In this document: positions 38,420 through 50,388 of the stretch, piece after piece
Numbering within the stretch: position 1 is the first letter of the stretch
Layout of the letters: each line of letters opens with the position of its first letter
Source of the DNA: Okamejei kenojei
Taxonomy: Eukaryota
Assembly: GCA_035221665.1 (NCBI GenBank)
Contig: CM069144.1
Location: 68,138,001 to 68,202,000, forward strand
Length of the DNA stretch: 64,000 nucleotides
Reading direction: 5' to 3'
Position numbers and translations under genes: made by a program
The notes under the pieces: model-generated
Seen by the model: the letters and a program-made list of their open reading frames with translations, nothing else
Databases searched by the model: none
Told to the model about the DNA's origin: nothing

Positions 38420-38744
38420 TTTAGTTTAGTTCAGTTTAGTTTAGTTTACAGATACAGTGTGGAAACAGGCCCTTCGGCCCACTGAGTCCACACCGACCAG
38501 CAATCCCACATATTAACAGTATCCTACACACACTAGGGACAATTTTATCACGTACACCAAGCCAATTAACCCACGTCTTTGGATTGTGCGAGGAAACCGA
38601 AGACCTCGGAGAAAATCCACGCGGTCACGAGGAGAACGTACAAACTCCGTACAGACAGCACCCGTAGTCGGGATCGAAACCTGGCTCTCCGGCGCGGCAA
38701 GCGCTGTAAGGCAGCAATTCTACTGCTGCGCCACTGTGCCGCCC
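38420..38744 (-). mobile_element. HE1-type V-SINE, full length
   Basis: Reverse complement of the above, with a (TTTAG)n tail. Confidence 0.9.
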
Positions 38745-39109
38745 AATGTTCAGATTTATTTATGTATTAACGTAGCATGTGCCTTAAATTGAAACACTTT
38801 ATAAAGACAGATGTTCTGTTCGTCACAGTCATAAATGTTCATAACCACATTGGGTCCAGCCGTTCTTTCCATTTAATAATGCCACGTGCTCCGGTGCTGT
38901 GCACAACAATCAGCATCAAAGTCAGAGATCCACAGCTAGCAACGTCTGAATGAATAAGGAACCTCTGTGGAATGTTGTTCTAGTGTAAGTGAAAGAGATT
39001 GTAGAAGGAAGCTGAGTAGATTTTACAATGCCAGAGGTCATCCTAATGTCATAAATATCTATTTTTAGGTTATAACTTTTTAAATACTTGCACATATTTT
39101 GACTGTTAA

Positions 39110-39877
39110 GTCCAGCAATGCATCGACGGCACTGAATCAGAGATGATTGAAAACTTCAAATTCCTAGGAGTAAATATCACCAACTACTTCTCCTGGACCA
39201 CCCATATTGAAGCAATGGCCACGAAAGCACACCGACATCTCTACTTCTTTAGTAGGCTTAGAAAGTTTGGCATGTCCCCAACAACTCTCACTAACTGCTA
39301 CGGATGCTCCATAGAAATCATTTTATCGGGATGCATCACAGCATGGTTTGGGAACAGCTTCATCCAAGACTCCAAGAAATTGCAGAGAATTGTGGACGCA
39401 AGCAGACTATCGCACGAACCAACCTCCCTTCCATTGTCTCCATTTATACCTCACGCTGCCTCGGCAAAGACAGCAGCATAATCAAGGATGTGTGGCACCC
39501 TGGCCATTCCCATATCTCCGCTCTCCCATCAGGGAAAAGGTATGGAAGTGTGAAAATGCACACCTCCATATTCTGGGACAATTTCTTCCCAGCAGTTATC
39601 AGGCAACTGAACCATCCTACCTGCAGTAGGATGGTTCTACCTCAGTAGTCCTGAGCTACTATCTACCTCATTGGAGACCCTCGGACTATCTTTGATTGGA
39701 CTTTACTAACTTTATCTTGCACTAAACGTTATTCACATTATTCACTTTTTCATGTAGCTGGACACTGTGAATGGCTCGATTATAATCATGTGTTGTCTTT
39801 CCGCAGATTGGATAGCACACAACAAAAGCTTTTCACTGTGCCTCAGTTCACGTGACAATAAACTAAACTAAACTAAA
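39110..39877 (+). mobile_element. Rex1/Babar-type LINE 3' portion
   Basis: FKFLGVNI…SW..HI…KA…LYF..RLRKFG…IE.ILSGCITAWFGN, HPGH, LPSGKRY; (CTAAA)n tail. Older reversed relatives at ~51825-52680 and ~55300-55830, and a piece at 43070-43145. Confidence 0.85.
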
Positions 39878-41733
39878 TTCCAGACAAATGCATTCCCAGA
39901 GGTTTGTGCATGTGATGCTCGATTATATGACATATGACCAATTGAGCAAAGCTATGGCACTCTTAGTTATAATAGAGAATAGAATAGAATGCCATTTATT
40001 GTCATTCAAACAGACATGGTTCGAACAAAATTAAAAAATCGTGAATGGAAAAATTAGATGAATGCAACCAGTTCACAAATCTTATGATCTGAATGTTGGA
40101 CAACACAATATGCTTTTATATCTATGACAACTATTCATAAATGTGTAATTTCAAGACTAATTCATAGGTAGACACAAAATGCTAGAGTAACTCAGCGGGA
40201 CAGACGTCGTCTCTGGAGAGAGGAATGGGTGACGTTTCGGGTCAATTCCCTTCTTCAGACTTTGGAAGGGTTTCAATCTGAAAATTCACCCATTCCTTCT
40301 CTCCAGAGATGCTGCCTGTGCCCCTGAGTTACTCCAGCATTTTGTGTCTACCTTCAATTTAAACCAGCATCTGCTGTTCTTTCCTACAAATTCAAAGGTG
40401 GCAAGGGGCAAGGTAATCTATTTTGCCCACTGAAGAAAAAATCTTGATGCGCTTGCTTGGTGCTGTTGGGATAATTCCATGGGCACCACAATGGGAAGGG
40501 GCATCCTTTGACCCTGATTAACAAATATATGAGACTGTTAATCTCAGTCAAATTATCGCATCTGTCACTTGAAGAACATTCCAGTTACTATGGTGATGGG
40601 CTTAACTACTTTAACAATACACTTAAATGGTTTTATTTGGTGCTTCTTCCGATGGAATAGTCAACAAAGTCTCTTTAGCTGCCTACGAGAGCTTTGGAAA
40701 GGTATGAAAGGGTGATGGTATCTATAATAAATCAAACTGTTTCATCACTGTGATCAAAGGAGATTTCTCTTTTAAGTACTATTGCATACAGTATATTCAA
40801 CAGTTAAATTCTGCAATGCAAAAAAAAAAAATCTGATAGTGAATAGGATACATTTTGTACAATTATATAAGTAAACATCATCTGGTGATGTACATCAACT
40901 GGGGTATTGTGTTAGTTCAGCAGCTTCCTGACAGTAACCATGGCAACATCAAGAAAAAATATGTTACTCGATATTTGGTTCGAACACGAAATGTGTAATT
41001 ACATAAAAATGGTGATAGACGTGGATTGAAATCAACATCTTCACATCAAACAAAGCAAAAAAAAAATTATCAATAAAAGGAAAATAAAGTTACTTCATCA
41101 TGAAAATCATGGCACTTTCACCTAGAAACATGCACAACATTCATCCCCACCTTACCAAAAAAAGTGAGGTAACACCGTGCAACCTACGATCTTAGTTTAT
41201 ATCTCACGGAAACACAAAGAGTAAATTTTGCAACATGAATTATATGGTCCTGACAGATATGGATGTACCACCGTCTGCTTATGTCAACCGGAATATTAAT
41301 TTGATACAATGTTGCTGGGTCTCAGTGCCAATTGCAGACTTTCAAAATGATGCACGGCATTAATGCCTTGTGATCTCTGCCAGAATAAGCCAGTGCCGCA
41401 CAGAGCTATGGGACCACGTACAAAACAGGACCCGATCTTCAAGGTCAATCACAGAGGGAGATGGTACAGACACATGCACACACACAGTAAAGATACATCC
41501 CCCTGCACCCGTCCCACAACAACATACATTTTTTTTGCCATTGTACTGCGATTGCCATGCGATGTTTTATTTAAAGACATGATCCGCTCCTCACGTGTCC
41601 TAGAAAAAGGTATAATAACTGCTATAAGGACCTTGCAGGCCATGGTTTATGAATGTAGCAAGAGTGAACAGCAACTCAAATTACCTTGAAAGGTAATTCA
41701 TAAGTGAGTCTAGACAAAAATGTTGGGGAAACT

Positions 41734-42209
41734 AGAATGTTGCCTGGGTTTCAGCACCTAAGTTACAGAGAAAGGTTGAACAAGTTAGATCTTTATTCTT
41801 TGGAGCACAGAAGGTTAAGGGGGGACTTAATAGAGGTCTTTAAAATGATGAGAGGGATAGACAGAGTTGACGTGGATAAGCTTTTTTCCATTGCGAGCAG
41901 GGGAGATTCAAACAAGAGGACATGATTTGAGAATTAAGGGACAGACGTTTAGGGGTAACATGAGGGGGAACTTCTTTACTCAGAGAGTGGTAGCTGTGTG
42001 GAATGAGCTTCCAGTGGAAGTGGTGGAGGCAGGTTCAATTTTATCATTTAAAAATAAATTGGATAGGTATATGGACGGGAAAGGAATGGAAGGTTATGGT
42101 CTGAGTGCAGGTAGATGGGATTAGGTGAGAGTAAGTTTTCGGCACGGACTAGAAGGGCCGAGATGGCCTGTTTCCGTGCTGTAATTGTTATATGGTTATA
42201 TGGTTATAT
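41734..42209 (+). mobile_element. Young CR1 3' fragment with (GGTTATAT)n tail
   Basis: YRERLNKL.LYSLE.RRLRGDLIEVFK; TSD GGAAACT (41727-41733, 42210-42216). Confidence 0.9.
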
Positions 42210-42268
42210 GGAAACTCAGCGGGTGAGGCAGCATCTATGGAGAGAAGGAATAGGTGACGTTTCGGGTC

Positions 42269-42409
42269 ATCTTCTTCTTCTTGCATATGGCGTGCACAGC
42301 CTAAAGTTGTAGGACAACTTGTTCTATTTGATGTTATTTGATCGTGCATGCCGGGTTGATTGCATCCGTTGAAACAGGGCAGACCATGTGAAGGCTGCAA
42401 TCTTCCACC
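42269..42409 (-). mobile_element. Short retroposon 3' end with (GAA)n tail, possibly RTE-clade
   Basis: TCTTCTTCTTC at the left end; flanked by an imperfect TSD CGTTTyGGGTC. Confidence 0.55.
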
Positions 42410-43874
42410 CCGTTTTGGGTCCAGACCCTTCTTCAGACTGATTGGGGAGTTCGTCCTTACCACGTCCTAATTCATTACCACGTCCTAATTCATAAGTGAG
42501 TGATAAGAGCAGAATTAGACCATTTGGGCCATTAAGTCGACTCTGCCATTCAATCATGGCTGATCTATCTCACCCTCCTAACCCCATTCTTCTGCATTCT
42601 CCCATAACCCCTGGCATCTGTACTAATCAAAAATAATCTATTTAGTTCTGCCTTAAAAATATCCATTGATTTGGCCTCCACAGCCTTCCGTGGCAAAGAA
42701 TTCCACAGATAATTCTTCTAAATGTTGCTTTTTATTTGCAGCTTCCCCAATTAGAATTAACACTAAATTGTATCCATTGACTGTGCTGAATGTGGGTGAA
42801 AAACATATAAGTGTGTTTCCTGCCTCAACTACATCTTGGGGAAAACCACCAAGGAATGCCAATAATTTTTTGAAAGGAAGAGATCATCTAAAGGTTATCC
42901 ATATTTTACACTCTTAAAACTCCGTGGCTGGTTACACAGGTGTACTTTGACACAGACAGCACCGCTGTTCAGAATTCAAATAACCTTTTATAACTGGAAC
43001 TTTATAACAGTAGGATGTTATTTAGGTTATTGGTCCTCCAGTGATAAACCTTCCTAAAACTGCGGAGCATCTTGGACAATACAGCTCATCCCCTCCATGA
43101 CACACTGGTCAACCTGAGAAGCACCTTCAGCAAAAAGACTGGTTCCAACATTTTTCTAAGGAAAGGGTCGGGATGGGAAGATGTGACTGTTGGTGGAATC
43201 ACGCTGCAGGTGGAGGAAATGTCGGAGAATGATGCTTTGGAAGTGGAGGCTGGTGGGGTGAAAGGGAAGCAAGCTATAAAAATTACATCCACTGTTAGGC
43301 AACTGTTGAAAACTAACATTCTTTCACCCACGGAACAAATCATACAATTTACAGCTGTAAAAAAGTTTCTGGTGTGAATGGTCCATCTGTGATCTAACAA
43401 AATCTATCCCAGTCACACCCCTCCCTACAAAACCCCACTTCCAAACTACAATGTTCAAGTCAGGGGAGCAATGGATTATTCACCTGTCACCAGAAGGAGA
43501 TTTACTGCAGTCACAGTCCATGGGTTTGGTACTAGTATTTGATTTGCGTAGCTGGACGCAATCTTTCTCCTTCTATCTCTTCTTCCTATCCTCAAGATCA
43601 AGGGATGACTTACTTCTAAATCTGGTTTGTGGGTTCAGGGGTAGCTTGTGGCCATTGTGGCAATAGTGGATAGTTCCACAGGGAGTAGGAGATGCCTGCT
43701 GGTGCAGGTTGCTGGGTCATTAGTAATATGATGTTCTCTCTCTGCTGCTTATGCGGGACTTTAGTGTGTACCTGAGTCTTTCACCACCTCAACAACTCAA
43801 CAAGTCACACTGACAGAATCTTCTTTTCTAGCCCCAAGAAGAACAGTTACAGAGTCACCAACACCCCCTAATCC

Positions 43875-44517
43875 ATTTCTCACTGCTCTAACGGTGCAAA
43901 TTCACACGGTGCAAAGCCAATGAGATACAGACACACACCGTGATGAACAGGAAGGTTGCCGCTGTAATTAAGATGGTGAAAGCACAGTGTACGGGAAGGG
44001 TCACGTAAGTCCTTTAAAAGAGGGTGGGAGGGGGGGTGGAAGAGGGGGCGGGAGTGGGGGCGGGAGAGGGGGGGGAAGGGGGCGAGAAGTGGGAGAAGGA
44101 GTGGAGACAACTTTTAAGAAGCCAGAGATACACGGCTGTGAAGCTCAGTGGACATTAACATTACCGGTCGGTTATCCTTGGTCCCAATGAGCCAATGAAA
44201 TTCACCGGTCAGCACCGGCTACAACCTACGAGAAGCTATAACCTCCTGGCAACCCACTGGGACCTCCTGGCGACCGACCTACGGCACGAGAATTCTCCCT
44301 ACTCTCCATGGCAGCTTCATTCAGGTCGCCGCTAATTTTTCAACATGTTGGAAACATTTGCGGCGACCATAATGAGGCCGCGACAAGTTCCCAGAATGCG
44401 GGAACTCCTCACGACCATGAAGGCGACTCCCCGGCAACCAGCCGCGAACATGTGGCGACCATGTGGCAACCGCAGTCTCCTGCAGTCGCCTAAAAAGTCG
44501 CCTGTGGGACAGGCCCA
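43875..44517. mobile_element. PIF/Harbinger-like MITE lacking its left TIR, inserted in an HE1 SINE (remainder 44518-44712)
   Basis: Right end GTGGGACAGGCCCA followed by TTA, then TTACAGCGCCAGG SINE sequence. Confidence 0.65.
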
Positions 44518-46510
44518 TTACAGCGCCAGGAACCCAGGTCCTGACTATGGGTGCTGTCTGCATGGAGTTTGTATGTTCTCCCCGTGACCACGTGGATTTT
44601 CTCCGGGTGCTCCGGTTTGCTTCCACACACCAAATTCAGACAGGTTCGTAGGTTAATTGGCTTCTGTTAATTTTAAATTGCCCATAGTGTGCAGTATAGT
44701 GCTAGTGTACAGGTTGATGGCAAAATGGCAGAAAGGTTAGGATATGCTCATGTAGGGAGGTAACTTAACCAATGTTATGGCTGGGCAGTTCTGATAGAAA
44801 CAGAGGAAGTGTGTTACCTGAAACTACAGTACTTGATATTGAGTCAAAAAAAGTAGCCATGTAACCACAAGGAAGATGAAATGCAATTCCTCAATGTTGA
44901 GCCTTGTTATATAATATTACAGGAGATAGTTCAAACAGAATTGGAGTGGAATGGAGAATTATAGCAGCAGACAATTACACAAGCTTTGTGTTTCCCCGGT
45001 GGACTGAATGCAGGTGGTTTGGAAAGCTGCGTTTAGTTCCCCTCATGTAGTGGACAGTCATTGCAAGCTCTGAACGCAGTTCACTAGACTGGAACGAGTA
45101 CAAGTGAATCGCTACTTGTTTCTACAATGTCTCTTTGCATCTCTGGATGGTGGGAAGGGAAGAGATAACAGCACAGGTGCTGCATCTCCTGTGGAGAGGG
45201 AGGGCTTAGCGTTGAAGGAAGAGCAGAGCAGGAAATAGTGAAGGAAATGGACCCTTCAAAATGTTGAAAGGGGAAGGGAGGGAAACAAGTGTCTGATGTT
45301 GGAATTTTGTTGAAGATGCGAGGGACGTGAATTGAAAGAGGAAGGGTGGAATATGAGGACCAGGAAATTCTATTTTTGTTCTGTTCAGAGAATGAGTGTG
45401 GAAGCACAGGACACAGATGAGATGCAGCCTGGAGTTCCACAGACCATCATCTGTGCGTGGAGGTGTGGGGGAGAATGAATTCTCACTTTCCAGGAGGAAA
45501 GCAAAGAGGACAAAATTGTGGAAATGTGTTTGCCCACTTTATTAGTGCAGCATTTGTAGCCACATACACAACAAATGCAGGGTTGTGGAGATTAAAGTGA
45601 CAAGCCATGTAACTTGCTGCACATATCGAACATTTACACAAGTACTGCACTTGCAAACATACAACACTGCAGTCAATTTTTTCCTCAGTGGAATATTCAG
45701 GGAGATCACAATTTGTCTTATTGTACATTTTAAACCCATATTCCCCACCAGATATTCTGAAGAATAATTAAGAAATACAACATTCTTATTTTTTTCAGAT
45801 GTTTCATTGTGCTTATTCTGCGCCTTGCCTGATTTCACCCTGCAAGAAACCACATCTTTCAAAAGCAGGGCGAGACAGGAAGTGCCAGTGCAATTGCTCA
45901 GATAGAAGCCTCTGCATGTAGATGGTTGATTAATTGCAGGTCTGCCCAGACAAAGCTGCACAGAGTTGGATTCTGCCAGCATGCTATCTGTTGCCATGGT
46001 AATCCCCAGTGTTCCTGCTTTCAAACAAAACCCTGGAAATTGGAAGGACTGTGCCATATGTAAATAAGGTAAAAATCTTTTTTTATTCTTTAACTTAGAT
46101 GTAGGCTTTGGTTGAAAAGAAATAGATTCTATTTTTCCAGTTTAGTTGCACAATGACTGCACAGCAACCAACACGAAAAGTTCCAATATCTGAAGCACAT
46201 CATTTATGTACTGATTTGATTGTGGTTCTTTTGGTAATTTTGGTAATTTTTTTTGAGTTTTGCTCTGATTCACAAATTAAATTTCAGCTTGAAGATGTTT
46301 AACACAGTAGGAAGGAAATTAATAACTTTAATATTAGATACACTAACCTGTTTCCACCACTACGTATAACATTGCAAAATGATCAGAGTTGCTTTTATAA
46401 CTGTGTCTGCATTCAATCATAAAATGTCATAATGCCAGGCAGGCATCACTTCACACAACAACTTAAGGCTCTCAGGCATCATCCCTTCCAGTCCTGACAG
46501 CTACCTGACA

Positions 46511-47150
46511 GTAAGGTCACAAGGTCATAAGTGATAGTAGCAGAATTAGGACATTCGGCCCTTCACGTCTACTCCGCCATTCAATCATGGCTGATCTATC
46601 TCTCCCTCCTAACCCCATTCTCCTGCCTTCTCCCCATAACCCCAGAAATGCGTACTAATCAAGAATCTATCTATCTCTGCCTTAAAAATATCCATTGACT
46701 TGGCCTCCACAGCCTTCAGTGGCAAAGAATTCCACAGATTCACCACCCTCTGACTAAATAAATTCCTCCTCATCTTCCTAAAGGAAGGTCCTTTAATTCT
46801 GAGGCTAAAACCTCTAGTCCGAGACTCTCCCACTAGTGGAAACATCTTCTCCACATCCACTCTATCCAAGCCCTTCAGTATTCGGTATGTTTCAACGAGG
46901 TCCCCCCTCATTCTTCTAAACTCCAGCGAGTACAATGCCATCAAACGCTCATCATATGTTAACCCACTCATTCCTGGGATTATTCTTGTGAACCTCCTCC
47001 TGACACTCTCCAGAGCCAGCACATCCTTCCTCAGATTTGGTGCCCAAAATTGCTCACAATATTCCAAATGCAGCCTGACCAGCGCCTCATAGAGCCTCAG
47101 CATTACATCCCAGTTTTTGTATTCTTGCCCTCTTGAAATAAATGCAATTT
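46511..47150 (-). mobile_element. CR1/HER1 LINE 3' fragment with open ORF2 C-terminus
   Basis: ORF 46609-47187: LYEALVRLHLEYCEQFWAP…RMRGDL…FSQRVVNLWNSLP. Confidence 0.92.
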
Positions 47151-47682
47151 GCAGTGGGCAATATGTAACCATATTCAAATAAGGCATTTCTGATCCATGC
47201 CACGAGATTATTGCTGTAAAAATACAAAAATGGTATGTTCATAAGTTCATGTTATAGAAACAGAATTAGGTCATTTGGCCCATCAAATCTACTCTTAGCC
47301 CCATTCTCCTGCCTTCTCTCCATAAGCCCTTCCACCCATACTAATCAAGAAGCTATCTATCTCTGCCTTAAAAATATCCATTGACTCGGCCTTATTTCTG
47401 CCACAACACCACACAGTCCTGTAGATTGAGAGCAACAATTTTGGGGGAGAATGGATAAATTAGGTACAGTTAGCATGGCTTTATGCACGGCAGATCGTCT
47501 CTTACTAACTTGATCAAGGTTTTTGAGGAGGTGACAAATGTGATTGATGAGGGTGGGGCTGTGATGTTGCTACATGGATTTTAGTAAGGCATTTGATAAA
47601 GTCACCCATGGGTGGCTGATCCAGAAGATTAAGATGTACGGATTTAACAGAGATTTGGTTGTATGGATTCCGAACTTCCTTA

Positions 47683-48564
47683 AGGGCCTGAGAATTAAGA
47701 ATTAAGACATGAGAATTAAGGGACAGAGGTTTCGGGGGAACGTGAGGGGGAACTTCTTTACTCAGAGGGTGGTGGCTGTGTGGAATCAGCTTCCAGCAGA
47801 AGTGGTGGAGGCAGGATCGATTTTAACATTTAAGAGTAAAGTGGATAGGTATATGGACGTGAAGGGAATGGAGGGGTATGGTCTGAGTGCAGGTAGATGG
47901 GACTAGGGGAAAACAAATGGTCGGCACGGACTGGAAGGGCCGAGAGGGCCTGTTTCCGTGCTGTAATTGTTATATGGTTATATGGTTATATGGTTATATG
48001 GCCTGTCCCACTTGGGCGACCTAATCCGCGAGTTCTGGCGAGTTTGCCCTCGCCTCATACTCGCAGCGTGGTCGACACAAGGTCATAGCAGGTCTTCGTA
48101 ACTCTCCTTCATGCTCGAGAGTGGTCTCCGCGTACTCGTGGCCTCAGCTAGGGCGCGGCGTTTTTTAAATATGTTAAAAAATGCCCGCGAATAAAAAGAG
48201 CCGGATGGAAAAAATCAATACTTTTGTTACTCGTATGTTTAGTCATATTAGGTCGTTGTAGGTCATAGTAGGTCAGCATGCTAGTCCTAGGTAATCAAGG
48301 GTAGTCGAAGGTAGTCAAAGGTAGTCGCAGATAGTCTTCATCATAGTTGAAGGGAGGTCGAAGGGAAGTCGAAGGAGATCAAGAAGGTCATCTTCACTCT
48401 CCACAATTCGGTGTCCAGTTTTCCTGAAATTAGGCGTAGCTAGTCGAAGCAGGTTTTCAACATAGTCGAAGGAGGTCGAAGGAGGTCTTCAACATGTCAT
48501 TTTTTCAAACTCTCCTAAACTCTTCTAAACTCGCCAATTAGGTCGCCCAAGTGGGACAGCCTCT
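47683..48564. mobile_element. PIF/Harbinger-like MITE; left TIR split by a CR1 fragment (47691-47999)
   Basis: TIR AGGGCCTG|TCCCACTTGGGCGACCTAAT versus ATTAGGTCGCCCAAGTGGGACAGCCTCT; TTA TSD (47680-47682, 48565-48567). Confidence 0.88.
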
Positions 48565-49553
48565 TTACTGATAGAAGACAGAGGGTTGTGGTGGAAGGAC
48601 AATTTTCAGACTGGAGGTCTGTGACCAATGGAGTTCTAACTGTGCTGGGACCGCTGTTGTTTGTGATATATATAAATGATTTGGACTTAAATGTAGACTG
48701 ACTGGCTAGTAACTTTGCAGATTACACCAAGTTCGCTAGGGTCACAGACTGGGAGGAAGGCCATCAAGGTATACAGCATGACATAGATCAGCTACAGAAA
48801 TGGGTGGGGAAAGGGCAGATTTTAATCTGAACAAGTGTGAGTTGTTGCAATTTTGGAAGGTCAAATGTAAGGGTAAAATATACAATTAATGGCATGATCC
48901 TTAATAGCATTAGTGCACAGAGGGATCGTGGGGTCCAAGTCCATAACTCCCTGAAAGTGGCAGTACAGATACAGGTACATGGGGTGGTTAAGAAGGCAGA
49001 TGGTATGCTTGATTTCATGGGTCAGGCCATTGTGTATATGAGTCAGAAAGCGATGATGCAGCTTTATGGAACTTTGGTTGGGCCACATTTGGAGTATTGC
49101 GTGCAGTTCATTGCCCCATTACTTGAAGAGTGTGGAGGCTTTGGCAAGGGTGCAGAGGAGGTTTACCAGAATGATGCCTGAATTAGAGGATTTTAGCTAC
49201 AGCTAGAGGTTGGACAGACTTGGTCTGTTTTCTCTGCAACAACAGCGGTTGTGGGGAAACTAATAGATGTTTATAAAAGAATGAGAGGCATAGAAAGGGT
49301 AGACAGCCAGAATGTTATTTCTAGGATGGAAAAATCAAACACTAGAGGGCAAAGCTTTAAGGTGAGAGGGCCAAAGTTTAAAGGAGTTGTGTGTGGCAAC
49401 TTTCTTTACACTAACAGTAGTGAGTGCCTGGAACGATCTATCGGGATTGGTTGGTGAGGCAGATATGGCAGTGGCATTTAAGAGATTTATGGATTGGCAT
49501 ATGGATATGCAGGGAATGAAAGAATGTAGATTATATGTTGGTATATGAGATGG

Positions 49554-49940
49554 TCCCTTCTCCGTGGATTGTCACCTTGTCGTGGTGGAGAAGCTTATGT
49601 GGACCTGAGATCCTGAGAGCAATGCCGTCTGGAGCTATGCTCCTGGTAGGGCCACCCAAGGTCGAGTGGTAGGTCTCTGACAAAGACCAATCCAATGATG
49701 GAACAGATGGAGAATGATGGCTGACCTTAGTGGAGCATCACAATGCGGATGATGGCTGCAGCAGAAAAGGGTCTCCGGTCGTCTTGGACTCCATGCCACT
49801 GGATCCTGACCCAGATCTGTCAAGGACCATGTGCACCAGTCTCCCCACTTTAAATAAAGTCTCACACAGGCGTCCTCCATATGGGGAATAGCACCCTGCA
49901 GACACCCCCATGGTCAGCCACGACCGAAGGGGGCCTAAGA
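49554..49940 (+). mobile_element. RTE-derived non-autonomous element (5'UTR-like head plus short tail)
   Basis: GTCACCTTGTCGTGGTGG…GCTATGCTCCTGGTAGGG resembles RTE 5'UTRs (recalled); 9-bp TSD ATGAGATGG (49545-49553, 49941-49949). Confidence 0.65.
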
Positions 49941-50388
49941 ATGAGATGGACTTGACATCATGTTCAGCATAGACATTGTGGGCTGATGAGCTGTTCTTGT
50001 GCTGTCCTATTTAATGTTCTATATGGTGCTTCATGATGATGTAGTCGGTGAGTCAAGTCATCAAATTATACGGAAATAGGCCCTCCATCCACTGGCCCAG
50101 ATACTGGAGCTGTGAAGCAGCAGTGCCATTCTACTGCAATGATTTAGTTTTCTTTTAGTTCAGCGAGAACACACACACTGCCGAGAGGGACCTCGGGAAA
50201 GCCTGTGGCAGACCAATGTCCCTGTCGCTCAATAGCCAAGGGGGATGATCCAAGGAGTGGCCTAACCCCACGGGACCGCCACACTTTTGACATTTGCTCT
50301 GAGTTTACCTTTTTTCTAATTTCACTTGATTTTACATCTGTGCCAAGCCTCAAGCTTGCTTTGAACATTTGTCCAGCTCAAGCAAAAT

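Larger units (their letters stand above)
41710..42485 (-). mobile_element. PLE fragment with two nested insertions
   Basis: 16-bp TSD TAATTCATAAGTGAGT (41694-41709, 42486-42501). Confidence 0.8.
47455..50022 (+). mobile_element. Degenerate CR1 LINE (RT to tail) carrying nested elements
   Basis: HGF..GRS.LTNL, YMDFSKAFDKV, VLGPLLFVIYINDL, FADYTK and HLEYCVQF. Confidence 0.9.

Noticed and set aside
45542-46057. 171-aa minus-strand ORF
   Set aside because: No family motif. The region looks regulatory, and the plus-strand acceptor near 45798 leads to stops in all frames.
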